NCBI RefSeq assembly: GCF_006345805.1
Contig: NC_043000.1
Span: 92,132,001 to 92,196,000, forward strand
Origin: Octopus sinensis
Lineage: Eukaryota
Reading direction: 5' to 3'
Length of the DNA stretch: 64,000 nt
Shown here piece by piece: positions 25,488-38,535 of the stretch. The translations under genes and the position numbers were made by a program. The notes beneath the pieces were generated by a model that worked only from the letters and a program-made list of their open reading frames with translations, was not told where the DNA came from and did no database searches. Each line of letters opens with the position of its first letter. Within the stretch, counting starts at the first letter, position 1.

Positions 25488-26180
25488 ATACTCTTTACTC
25501 CTTTACTTGTTTCAGTCATTTGACTGTGGTCATGCTGGAGTACCGACTTTAGTCGAGCAAATCGACCCCAGGACTTATTCTTTGTAAGCATAGTACTTAT
25601 TCTATCGGTCTCTTTTGCTGAACTGCTAAGTTACAGGGGATGTAAGCACACCAGCATCAGTTGTCAAGCGATGTTGGGGGACAAACACAGACACACAAAC
25701 ATATACACACAGACATACACATGTACATATATACATACATACGACAGGCTTCTTTCAGTTTCTGTCTTCCAAATCCACTCAAAGGGCTTTGCTCAGCCTG
25801 AGGCTATAGTAAAAGACACTTGCCCAAGGTGCAACACAGTGGGACTGAACCTGGAACTATGTGGTTCATAAGCACTCATATATGATATGTCTGTTCAAAT
25901 ATCACGATAGTATGAAATTATTAGTAGGTCTTTTGGTTGTGTATTTAATTCGATATATAGACATATGTGTATATGTTTGTGTGTCTGTGTTTGTCCCCCA
26001 ACATCGCTTGACAACCTATGCTGGTGTGTTTACATCCCCGTAACTTAGCAGTTCGGCAAAAGAGACCGATAGAATAAGTACTAGGCTTCCAAAGAATAAG
26101 TCATGGGGTCAATTTTCTCGACTAAAGGCGGTGCTCCAGTATGGCTGCAGTCAAATGACTGAAACAAGTAAAAGAGTATA
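25488..26180. mobile_element. SINE family A (minus, 25488-25870) plus an inverted 3' half (plus, 25975-26180)
   Basis: The two 3' halves are reverse complements over about 210 bp. Confidence 0.85.
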
Positions 26181-26362
26181 AGAGAGAGTATACATATATA
26201 TATATATATACATGTATATGTGTGTGTGTTAGTGTGTATGTATGTGTGTGTATATGTATGTGTACGTCTGTGTGTATGGTTGTGTATGTATTTATATTTT
26301 TTAATTTTATTTTATCTAGTTTCAGCTCATGAGCTGTGGCCATGCTGGGGCACCGCCATATA

Positions 26363-26397
<35 letters not shown>

Positions 26398-27336
26398 TAT
26401 ATATATGCATATATCTATCTATTTATCTATCTGTGTGTGTGTGTGTGTGTGTGTGTCTGTGCGCATACGTAATGGCTAGAGTTTACACCCATAATTGCAA
26501 GGTCTTTGTTTTGATTCCTGGACCAAGCAGTGCATGGGGCACCTGAGGTAAACACTTCATTTTACATTGTTTTACATTCACTTCAGCATCTGACATGTGG
26601 CACACTTTTCACCTGTACAGGCAATGTTGATTTCATGGAGTGGAGTAAGCTAATATACAGCATAAACATTTGATCCCTGTAAACAAATCAACCAGGCACG
26701 TTGCTCAGCAAGAAATTGCGTAGCTCTCTTCAGTTGTCTACAACAGGAGAGTTCACCGTATATGTTTACACATATGTGAATGAATGTAAGTAAGTGTGTG
26801 TGTGTGTGCTTGTATGTATGCATTTATGTAATATGTATATGTGTGTTCATTGTATGTGTAAGCAGATATATGTAATGCTTTTGATATGAATGTATGCAAA
26901 CTGACAAACATTTAATTAAAAGATCTTTCAATTCATATGGTTTATTTTCTCTTCATATAAACATGCACTTACAACCAGACACACTTTTATAATTTTTGTA
27001 TGATACACATATATGTATCATCCTCTGTGTGTACATATATACACAGAGAAAGAAGGAGAAGTGGGTTTTGCTGATGAAATTTTAATTGTTGATGAATAAA
27101 TGTCAATTTTGTTTTTTATTTATACAACGAATTTTCAAGGAATTGCAAATCCCTTAAGTAGGAAATTGAATATTTTAACTAGTTTCAAGCTGGAAATTCC
27201 TAAATAAATAACAATGGAAGTATCTGCAAGCCTTCACCAATTCAAATATCTTTCCTTTAAAATTTTCAACTGGCTTCAATATAATATTGTACTTCTCAGA
27301 GAGAAGCAGACTACAACTTCTTTAATAGAATTATAG

Positions 27337-27373
<37 letters not shown>

Positions 27374-28194
27374 ATTATTATTATTATTATTCAGAAAACA
27401 ACTACCTAAATCCTTTTATTTCCAGCATAAATGGATTTCATCAGGGAGGAAAAGAAGGGACAAATAAAGATATGAATAGTCCAAAAATAACATTAAACAC
27501 TAAGTTTAAATATATAAGAGTGTACATAACATAAGCACACAGACATACACAAACACCCACTCATATGTACATACACTTATGCACAAGCACACTCTCACAC
27601 ATGCACATACACAAACACACATTGACATATACATACTCAGGTACATATACACTAGCATATACACATACACTAACATATACATATACACTAACATATACAT
27701 ATACACTAACATAAACATATGCCCATAGATATCTTCACATGTGCAGAAGCACTTGCATACGTGCACCCAAGCATGCACAAGCACAAAGATGTGACTCTTT
27801 CAATACAATTTCTCAATAGCATTCATTGTTCTTGTAAGATCAATTCATTAAGAGATCAAGCGAAATGTCATTGAAAAGCCATGTCAAAATAACAACTTAA
27901 ATGTTTTGTAGCCCTATATTTATTGTTACTATCATAAAGAGACCTCCATCCTCATTATCCTTAAAGGATTTGTGATGTTTACATCTTTGTTGCCAATGTA
28001 CGTGTCAGATATAGGAAAATCTGAAAGAGAACTCATTTATTTTCATCACTATATCATTATTATTTCATATATATATATATATATGAGTATATGTATATAT
28101 GTATGTGTGTGTATATATATATATACATACATATATATATAAAACACACACACACATATATATATATAAATGTATACATGTGTGTGTGTCTGTG

Positions 28195-28229
<35 letters not shown>

Positions 28230-28240
28230 ATTATATATAT

Positions 28241-28640
28241 ATTATTATCATCATCTTCATTATCATCATTATTATTATCATTATTTTTGTTGTTATTATT
28301 ATTATTTTTATTATTATTATTATTATCATTACTAATTGTTGTGACATTTCATTATGTTCATTATATAAATATTTCTATTTGTATGTATATTATTTATTTA
28401 CTTATTTATTTATTTATTTTTTTGTCAGTTTTGGTTGGAAGGGTGGATTAAAATCCATGATTTGTCATACATCAAGTCTGATAAAATGAGGTTAATATTG
28501 TAATTAGAATAAGTGTAAGTACATGCTTGTAGCAATGCATACATATGTTCAGATAAAGAGAAATGCAGAAATAATACAATAATACAACTTGCATATGGGT
28601 ATAAGCACATACACACACATACATGCATACATGCATACAC

Positions 28641-28672
<32 letters not shown>

Positions 28673-29098
28673 TATTATCATCATCTTCATTATCATCATT
28701 ATTATTATCATTATTTTTGTTGTTATTATTATTATTTTTATTATTATTATTATTATCATTACTAATTGTTGTGACATTTCATTATGTTCATTATATAAAT
28801 ATTTCTATTTGTATGTATATTATTTATTTACTTATTTATTTATTTATTTTTTTGTCAGTTTTGGTTGGAAGGGTGGATTAAAATCCATGATTTGTCATAC
28901 ATCAAGTCTGATAAAATGAGGTTAATATTGTAATTAGAATAAGTGTAAGTACATGCTTGTAGCAATGCATACATATGTTCAGATAAAGAGAAATGCAGAA
29001 ATAATACAATAATACAACTTGCATATGGGTATAAGCACATACACACACATACATGCATACATGCATACACATATATATATATAAATATATATATATAT
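28241..29098. repeat. Exact tandem duplication, period 430 bp, two copies
   Basis: 28241-28670 is repeated at 28671-29098 with no differences seen; junctions fall in (AT)n tracts. Confidence 0.92.
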
Positions 29099-29119
29099 AA
29101 TGTATTTAATCATGTATTT

Positions 29120-29150
<31 letters not shown>

Positions 29151-29365
29151 TGGCTATGATAAAACCTGCAAATGCATGTACATATTTTCAATTATACCAT
29201 AAGATATAAAATATCATTAATCACCCCAGGAGACATTTAAATCAATATAGTTAATACTTCAGCAATGACAAAATAAAATACAAATAAATTTATGAACAAA
29301 CAGTTAAAATACTAGGATTTCACTATACAAAGCATTAGAAATATATAGACGTACATTCGTATATA

Positions 29366-29403
<38 letters not shown>

Positions 29404-30274
29404 CACTCACGCACAAACATATATACATTCATATATATGTATGTATATGTATATATACATATATATAAATTTACAGTAACTTTTCACAAATAAAACAACA
29501 CAATCACATGTGTACTAAATAACAGAGAGAGTATTAAATATTAAAATATTTACATAATATAATAAATTTATCTCACGAAGACTTATACATGTTACTGAAT
29601 GGTTTCATGTTCTTTTACTATATTTCCATCATCCATAATTTTTGTTGCATACTTTTTGTAACATCTCTAAGAGCTATAAATTGGATGAGGTAGTTTCATA
29701 CCTCCAGTAATAGGCAATGATTGTTAATTGACCTTTCAAAACATGGAAGGCTTTTCAACACAAAACCGTTTAGTAGCATGAACTGGTTGTTATGAGACTA
29801 AATTTATTTTGTGCAATTGTTTGTAATGAGTATGTGCATCTGTCTTTCTGTCTGTATGTATGTGTGTGCATGCATCTGTGAGTATGTATATGTGTATGTG
29901 AAGGCACATGGCTTAGGGATTAGGGTATATTCGAATCACGATCGTTAAGCTGTGAGTTCAATTCTCTCTGAGGACTACGTTAAGTGTATGTGTGTCTGTG
30001 GAGTGCTCAGCCATTTGCATGTTAATTTCATGTGCAGGCTGTTCCATTGATCACATTGTCTGGTACCCTCATCACTGTAAGCAATGAAATGCCAGTTATG
30101 TGTGTATATGTACATATTGATATATGTGTGCATATGTATTTGTATATCTATGTATATATAAGCACAAGTATTTGTGTTTCGAATAGCAGACCATTAAGTA
30201 CCAAGGTACCTGAAACTTTGCATCACAGGATATCGCTAATAATAAGGTCATAGTCTACACAACATTTCCTGATT

Positions 30275-30515
30275 TATTTCTTATTTCTTTATTGCCCACA
30301 AGGGGCTAAACATAGAGGGGACAAACAAGGATAGACAAAGGGATTAAGTCGGTTACATCGACCCCAGTGCGTAACTAGTACTTAATTTATTGGACCCCGA
30401 AAGGATGAAAGGCAAAGTTGACCTCGGTGGAATTTGAACTCAGAATATAACGGCAAACGAACTACCACTAAGAATTTCGCCCGGCAGGCTAGCGTTTCTG
30501 CCAGCTCGCCGCTTT
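30275..30515 (-). mobile_element. SINE family B (MetaSINE-like), well preserved
   Basis: Reverse complement reads GCGGCGAGCTGGCAGAAACGC...CAACTTTGCCTTTCATCCTTTCGGGGTCC...AATAAAGAAATAAG. Confidence 0.85.
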
Positions 30516-30739
30516 TACCTGATTCCCTGATTTATTTCTAGCTGCCTGAAGGACCTCTAGGAGATTCTCCCCTTTGGATCCTCATTACTTACTTTTCATC
30601 ACCATGTGGACCAACGAGGCAAACCAGGCCTCTATGCAGTCACCTGATATGTTTTTTCCTTTGTAAAAAGTTAATGAAGAAGAAAAATAGAAGGTGTAAA
30701 TAGTAAGAGGTATTTCACTTAAAGTGAAGGGTAGATTAT

Positions 30740-31440
30740 ATGATGCTTGTGTGAGAACTGCAATGTTGTATGGTAGTGAGACATGAACCTTGAATGTAGA
30801 GGACTTGTGAAGACTGGAAAGACATTAAGCAAGCATATTTTGTTGGATGTGCAATATAAGTGTGTATGGACAACATATATATATATAAATGTGTGTGTGT
30901 ATTTGTGTGTCTGTGTTTGTCCCCCCAGCATTGCTTTACAACCGATACTGGTGTGTTTACATCCCTGTAAGTTGGCAGTTTGGCAAAAGAGACTGATAGA
31001 ATAAGTACTAGGCTTACAAAGAATAAGTCCTGGGGTCGATTTGCTCGACTAAAGGCAGTGATCCAGTATGGCCACAGTCAAATGACTGAAACAAGTAAAA
31101 AGAGTAAAAAAAAAAAAGAGTACACAACGTAGTGAACGTGGTGTTCACTATTCGAATATCGTGAATAGAGAACAACATAGTGAAGAACATAGTGTAAATG
31201 TGCTGAGAGCAAAACTGAACAGAATAGGCAGTAAATGTAGTGTGCAAGAAACAAGTTTATGCTGTTATAGATAAGCAATGCATATGATTAATGAGAGCTG
31301 TATAAAAACGTACTGATTGTTCAAAGTGAATGGAGCTTGTAAAAGAAGGAGACCTAGAAAGATATAAAGGCTGATTTCAGGACTGTGAACCTTGCAAAGG
31401 AGCATGATGACTGGTGATATGCAGTTCTATAGAAGACCTG
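30740..31440 (+). pseudogene. RTE LINE C-terminal remnant interrupted by a SINE A 3' half (30895-31105)
   Basis: DACVRTAMLYGSET upstream and RRRPRK-like sequence downstream match the 48129-48794 ORF. Confidence 0.7.
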
Positions 31441-31528
31441 TCTGTCACAACAAATCTGCATGCCATCATCTCCCTAACTGCTGTCCTTCTTTGATATCAC
31501 TTATATCTTATGCTGCCTAAAGCTATTT

Positions 31529-31838
31529 TGTGGAGGTGCAATGGCCCAGCGGTTAGGGCAGCGGACTCACGATCGGAGGATTGCAGTTTCGATTCCCAGA
31601 CCAGGTGTTGTGTATGTTTATTGAGCAAAAACACCTAAAGCTCCACGAGGCTCCTGCAAGGGGGTAGTGGTGACCCCTGTTGTACTCTTTCAACCCAACT
31701 TTTTCTCACTCTTTCTTCCTGTTTCTTGAGTATTGCTGCGATGGACTGGCGTCCTGTCCAGCTGGAGGGAACACGTACACCACAGAAACGAGGAAACCGG
31801 GCCCATGAGACTGGCTAGGCTTGAAAAGGGTGCATAAA
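31529..31838 (+). mobile_element. tRNA-derived SINE, family C (V-domain-like 3' region)
   Basis: Head TGGCCCAGCGGTTAGGGCAGCGGACT...TTTCGATTCCC; contains GCTGCGATGGACTGGCGTCCTGTCCAG, similar to the V-SINE core. Confidence 0.8.
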
Positions 31839-33684
31839 ATGTCATCCGACATTCATCCATTAACCAACTTCTCTCCATCCATACTGTCATTGATCATCCC
31901 CATCTAATGAGCCTCCCTTATTATCATACAACTCTCACCCTCCCTATGTACTACCTTTTCCTCTCCCTTTTCCACCTTCATTTTTTAGGCCTACTCAATA
32001 TCATTTTTCTCTTGTCCTTCCCCTGTCTACTGCTTCATCATTACTATTCTGCTGTTCTGCACTGCCATTCATCTCTAACTCCTCTCTGGCACTCCTGGTG
32101 TTTCTGCTTCACTTATTTCTACTCACGTTGTACCTTGTAGGTCCAACCTGACACTTCACTAATTTTTATTACTTCCTAATTTCGCTCAATCACTCCTACC
32201 ATCTTTTCTAAAATATGAGTTGTCATATGCCTTCACTACAGCAAGAAACCTGTTCTGCTTTGATATCTTACCTCATACTTTTAACCTGCTTTTATCCCTC
32301 ATTTCTTAACTTAAAGTTACCCTCTTTGGATTAGTAGCCTTACGAACTGCATGGTGACTTCACTAGTACAAATGCTATGGAATAAGCACCAAGTACATGT
32401 TGTAAAGTAATTGGTGCAAGAAAGGACCTCAAACTGAGGAAACCATACCAGAGCAGACACTGTAGTATGATACAGTCCTTGAACTGTTTAATTAAGATAT
32501 TTGCTGTCCAAAAATACCTGGATTCAGGTTTTGATAAAAAATACTTTCCCAATGTATAGCATAGTACATTGGGCAGGTATTTTTTTATTATAGCTCTGGA
32601 AGAAACCTCTTACACATGCATGCATATGTGTATGTTGTACAGCCTTTAAACGTGAGCACTCTGGGTTGAGGATTCCACAGGTCTGAAGACCCATTTCTAA
32701 TATATGTATGCTGTCTGTCAATAAATAAACATTTCTAGGGCCCAGTGCAGTGATTTGCCTGTGGGCCTATAACTCTGTTAAGTCTAAGACAGCTCTGTGT
32801 TCACATATATGTATTTGTGTGTGTATGTGCATCTGCTTTTGTGTGTGTGTGTTCATACATCTATGTTTGTGTCTCATTGTCTTGATATTACTTGATAGTT
32901 GTGTTTGTTACCATTATAAAAGCAGTATCTTTCATTTCCAGCCTTCCACGCAAACTTGTCTGGCCAAACATAATCTTATTTTGGAAACTGACGAGGGCTA
33001 TAGGCCATTCTTGATGGCCTATAGCTATAAAATGTCTACATCACAGATTTCATCTGACCCATGCAAGCATGGAAAAGCAGGCATTAAGATCCTTCAAACA
33101 ATAGACAATTATCTTAAAAAATGAAAGATAAGAAGTACAGTTTATCATCTAATTTTAGATAACCTGTGAATGAAATGAAAGCAATGTGGATCAAGTGTTG
33201 TAATGTTTCTGATCAAATGTTTGCTCATACAAATTTGACTCATGACTAAACACCAGTATCACACTCTTCTTGTACAAAAGAAGCAATCATTCACAGGGGA
33301 GATAATCTTATCATTGCTTCTACTTTCCATAGAACAAGCTCAGTATTAGGTAGCAAAATTTATCTTTGACTCCCTGTGTATGAATTTATCTGTTACATGT
33401 TTGTCATTAGACTGTAGCTTTGCTGAAGCAACACCTTGGAGAGATTTGATCGACGGAGTTGAGGTCAGTACTTACTCATAATTATAGAAACACACTATAA
33501 CTACTAAAATGTATTTTAATAGAAATAATCCAAACGGAGATTAGAAAAAGTTGTACCTTTTGACAAGACACCTGATGAGACACATCCACACCTAGGATGC
33601 ACCACAACTATTTGTATAGCATCTCACCTCTACAAAGCACCGGTGCATGATGCATCGAATTGATTGTAGTGAATAATATAGGTA

Positions 33685-34305
33685 CAGGCATTGTTATGTG
33701 ATAAGAAGCTTGCTTCCCAATCACATGGTTCCAAGTTCAGTCCCTTGGCAAGCGTCTTTTACTCTAGCCTCTGGCCAACCAAAGCGTTATGATTGGATTT
33801 GACAGACGGAAAATGAAAGGAGCCTGTCATATATGTATATATTTATGTGAGTGTGTGTCTGTGTTTGACCCCTACCATCACTTAACAATTGATTTTGGTG
33901 TGTTTATGTCCCTGTAACTTAGCAGTTTAGCAAAAGAAACTGATAGAATGAGTACCAGGCTTACATAGAATAAGTCCTGGGACCAAATCGACCTTGGGAC
34001 TTAGTTTTTAAGCCTAGTAATTATTCTATCAGTCTCTTTTGCTGAACTGCTAAGTTACAGGTATGTAAACACATCAAAACTGGTTGTCAAGCAGTGATGG
34101 TGTGGGGGACAAACACAGACACAAAGACACACACACACATATATGAATATATATTTATATACAACAGGCTACTTCCAGTTTTTGTCTACCAAATCCACTA
34201 ACAAAGCTTTGGTCAGCCAGAGCCTATAGCAGAAGGCACTTGCCCAAGCTCACACTCTAGGACTGGACCTGGAACCGTGTGGTTGGGAAGCCACACCTGC
34301 ACCTA
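33685..34305. mobile_element. Two SINE family A copies in inverted tail-to-tail orientation
   Basis: Plus copy 33685-33980 and minus copy 33990-34305. Confidence 0.8.
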
Positions 34306-34331
34306 TATATATATATATAATATATATATGT

Positions 34332-34595
34332 TGTGGAGGCATGTGGCTTAGTGGTTAGAGTGTCAGCATCATGATCGTAAGATTGTGGTTTCGATTCCTG
34401 GACCGGGCAACGGGTTGTGTTCTTGAGCAAAACACTTCATTCCACGTTGCTCCAGTCCCCTCGCCTGGCAAAAATGAGTAACACGCTGCGATGGACTGGT
34501 GTCCCGTCCAGCTGGGGAACACATATGCCATTGAAGCCGGGAAACCGAGCCCATGAGCCTGGCTAGGCTTTATAAGGGCGACGTTTATTTATTTT
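34332..34595 (+). mobile_element. SINE family C variant with a different middle
   Basis: Related head and the GCTGCGATGGACTGG tail, but the middle is CTTGAGCAAAACACTTCATTCCACG. Confidence 0.75.
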
Positions 34596-34939
34596 TACAT
34601 ATATATATGTTGGGCATCTTTTAGTTTCCATCTACCAAATTGACTCACAAGGCTTTTTGTCAACTTGGAGCTATAGCAAAAGACACATGCCAAAGGCGCC
34701 ACACCACGAGACTGAACCCAAAACTGTGTGGTTGAAAACCAAGCTTCTTACCACACAGCCATGCCAATAGCAATCTTAATTTCATACATTTTTTGTTATT
34801 TGCTAATGCCTTCTCTATTTTTCTCGTTGTTTATGTTAGCTTTTTGCTTTTCTGTAATTCCTTGACATGCAGATAAACAATTATAAACTTTAAAAAAAAT
34901 TTTAGCCATGTCTCTGTAATATGATAGATGGCATGCTTA

Positions 34940-35325
34940 TCTAGTTTGAGTTGGTGTTGTAGGTGATGTTGCTGGTGTTGTTGATATATTTGTTGTTATT
35001 GTCATTGTTTTAATTGTTGATGTTGTTGCTACTGTTGTTGTTTTTGTTGTTGATAATAGTATTTTTGTTGTAAACATATTTGCTGTTGTTGTTGATATTG
35101 TTGAAGCTATTGAGGTTATTTTTGTTATTTGTGTTATTTTAGTTCTTGTTATTGTTGTTATTGGTTTGCTTTTTGCTAATGCGTTATCACGGATGTTGCT
35201 GTTAGTGGTGTAGTTGATGTTAGTGTTGATGATTTGTTGTGTCTGTTGTTGCGTTGCTGCTGATATTGTTGTTGTAGATGTTGTTGCTGCTGATATTGTT
35301 GTTGTAGATGTTGTTGTTGTCATTG
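34940..35325. repeat. Imperfect (GTT)n low-complexity tract
   Basis: Seen directly; source of the Thr-rich ORF 34937-35347. Confidence 0.9.
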
Positions 35326-35925
35326 TTAGCCCAAAGTTAACCCTCATCAGCTAAATGTGATCATACTGTCTTATTCTTTTGAGACATACTATATCTAGCA
35401 CTACAGTGTATTTGGGCTAAATTTGACAAAACTTCCACCCGTAACCCCACCCCACCCCATTTTCTCCCAAATTTATTTATTTTTGTAATTTTTATTGCCA
35501 AAAATCCCCGTTTTCGGATACAGAGGTTCCGGGAAATTGCCTAAAATCAGCATTATGAATTTCCCCACCTTTCCCCACTAATTTCCTCAATTTTGACTTT
35601 TTTCCCCAACACTAACTCTAAAACCCTAATCCTAAAACCATAACTGTAAGTACAGAAATGTTTTGAAATTTTTGTCTGAATCATGATGTCCGTATTTTTC
35701 CACATATTTAGAAGAAAAAATTCTTAAAAACAAACTTTACAAAGATTTTTGGAAATTTTTTTCAGAATCATAATCTCTGTATTTTTCCACATATTTTGAA
35801 AAAAAGATTCTAACAAAAGTTAAAAATGAAGGAAATGGGGGTGGGGGCGAGTGATAATTTAGAAATGTCAATTTTTGCCTAGGTTTCTGGGTAGTTATCC
35901 ATCCTCAGTGTGAGACAATCACATT

Positions 35926-36320
35926 GGTGTAGGAGTGGTTGTGTGGTAAGTAGCTTGCTTGCCAACCACATGGTTCCGGGTTCAGTCCCACTGCGTGGCA
36001 CCTTGGGCAAGTGTCTTCTACTATAGCCTCGGGCCAACAAAAGCCTTGTGAGTGGATTTGGTACACGGAAACTGAAAGAAGCCCGTCGCATATATGTATA
36101 TGTATATGTGTGTTTGTGAGTCTGAGTTTGTCCCCCAACATCGCTTGACAACCGATGCTGGTGTGTTTATGTCCCCGTAACTTAGCGGTTTGGCAAAAGA
36201 GACCAATAGAATAAGTACTAGGCTTCCAAAGAATAAGTCCTGGTGTCGATTTGCTCAACTGAAAGGTGGTGCTCCGGTATGGCCACAGTCATATGACTGA
36301 AACAAGTAAAAGAGTAAAGA
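35926..36320 (+). mobile_element. SINE family A, young full-length copy
   Basis: Complete head to AGTAAAAGAGTAAAGA tail with CpGs retained. Confidence 0.92.
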
Positions 36321-36499
36321 ATGCAGAGCTTTGCACCAATAACCAGCTAGCAGAGAATCTGCCTAGGGTTAAATTAATAGTAACATTCGACTGCTACTTC
36401 GTTGTAGCAACTTGCTTTACTGTTTAGTATGTGGTACTACTCTATCTCTGCTTAAGATTTTATAACTAATTATATATATACACACATACATACATATAC

Positions 36500-36533
<34 letters not shown>

Positions 36534-37224
36534 GGTTGAGCATTAAAACTTAAACTAGTGACAAAGCATCTATTGTCTATTATATATTATTTTCCTATCT
36601 TGGCATTTTTATTATTTCCTTACATTAATGTAAATAACACAAATGTGTACTAACACAAAACCCATAATGTGAACATGTTGCTTGAATTACACCAAAACAT
36701 TACAACGCTGGTTATGTATAGAACCAAGTAAACACATTAAGAATGAGGTAAATACAACTGTTTCGTGTTTATTCTTTAAAAATTTACCAAATGAAAATGG
36801 AATTAAACTCCAACGACTTGGTAATATGGATAAAAATTCGATCCAAATATGAAGATATGGCCACTGTATATTCCTCATTCATTTTCTTATGAGAGATTGA
36901 GTGATATTAAGTGAACCGATAAGGGTATAATTAAAGGGACATTTATATGAATATTCATATTTCTATTTCTATTGAGTGTATATTCTTATAGCTTTGGTAC
37001 AAGACATATTGGATAATGTGTGGTTCTGATATATTATTCCTACAGATATACACACACATGCACACACACATATGCACACATGAACACATGCAGTTAAATA
37101 GATAGATTAAAGATTAATAAACAGACAAACATATATATACATATATCATATATTATTATCATTATTGAATGGGAGAGCAGTGCATGCCATCAAAGTGACA
37201 CTGGGGCAAAATATATGAAGCCCA

Positions 37225-37352
37225 CCATGACCACCATGACCACTTACCCAAGGTGCCACACAGTGGAACTGAACCCAGAAGCATGTGGTTGGTAAGCAAG
37301 CTACTTACCCCACAGCCACTCTTGCGCATATATATATGTATATATATATATA

Positions 37353-37398
<46 letters not shown>

Positions 37399-37995
37399 AT
37401 TGCAGCATGGAAGGTGTTTATAAGCCATTTAAGAAACAGATGAAATCCATTAGATTAACTTCAACATTTAAATTTAATTTCTCTAACGGATTTTGTGTGT
37501 TTCTTAAATGGCTTATAAACACCTTCCATGCTGCAATTGTCTTCGTTCCAGCACACGATCTCAGATCAGGTCACTTGGCATGTAAGTACATCTCCATAAA
37601 TTTATATATATATATATATGTATGTATACACGGTGGGCTTCTTTCAGTTTCTGTCTACCAAATTCACTCACAAGGCTTTGGTCAGCCCAAGGTTATAGTA
37701 GAAGACACTTGCCCAAAGTGCCACGCAGTGGGACTGAACCTGGAACAATGTGGTTGGTAAGCAAGCTACTTAACCACACAGCCACGTGTGTATCTATGTT
37801 TGTCCCCTCAACACCATCACTTGACAACTGATATTGGTGTGTTTATGCCCCATAACTTAGCAGTTTGGCAAAAGAAGCCAATAGAATTATGACTCGACTT
37901 ACAAACAATAAGTTCTGGGGCGGATTTGTTCGACTAAAGGCAGTGCTCCAGCATGGCCATCGTCAAATGATTGAAGCAAGTAAAAAGATAAAAGA
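37225..37995. mobile_element. Three SINE family A fragments (two minus heads, one plus 3' half)
   Basis: 37225-37325 (-), 37625-37785 (-) and 37790-37995 (+). Confidence 0.75.
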
Positions 37996-38004
37996 ATATG
38001 TATA

Positions 38005-38535
38005 TCATCATCATCATCATCATTTAGCGTCCATTGTCCATGCTGGCATGGGTGGATGGTTTGACTGGGCTGGCACACTGGAAGGCTGCACCAGACTCCA
38101 GTCTGATTTGGCATGGTTTTCTATCACTGGATGCCCTTCCTAATGTCAATCACTCCAAGAATGTAATGGGTGCTTTTACATTCCACCAACAAGGGTGCCA
38201 TTTGCATGACACTGGGGTGCATTTACGTGCCACCAGTATGGGTGCAAATTAGCATGACACCAGTATCTGCCATGATTGTGATTTTGCCCAGCCTGATGGG
38301 TCTTCTTTTCAAGCATGGCATAATGCCAATGGTCTTGATTATTGCCTCTGTGAGGCCTAATGCTTGAAAGGAACACAGCCACCTTGCCTGCCCAACACTC
38401 AAAAGGAACTCAGTCACTTTGCTTCTGTGAGACCCAATGCTCAAAGTGAACTTGACCACTTTGCCTCCATGAGACCCAATGCCCAAGAGGAATTCAGCCA
38501 CTTTGCCTCAGTGAGGCCCAACTATCAAAAAGAAT
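38005..38535 (-). mobile_element. RTE LINE 3' UTR variant with an internal 42-bp tandem repeat
   Basis: (CAT)n tail and GGATGCCCTTCCTAA motif; TTGCCTCnGTGAGGCCCAA..CAGCCACT repeated about 4.7 times at 38342-38535. Confidence 0.75.

Noticed and set aside
33543-33585. GAAA...CTGATGA as a type II hammerhead
   Set aside because: Helix I and helix II cannot be paired. Other CTGANGA hits (17292, 22910, 23558, 58724) also lack a correctly placed GAAA or stems.
35605-35645. Telomere-like CCCTAA motifs
   Set aside because: Only two or three degenerate units within a probable MITE remnant (about 35425-35870); not a telomeric array.
38342-38535. 42-bp repeats as a CRISPR-like array
   Set aside because: Contiguous diverged tandem units without unique spacers, inside a LINE 3' UTR in eukaryotic DNA.
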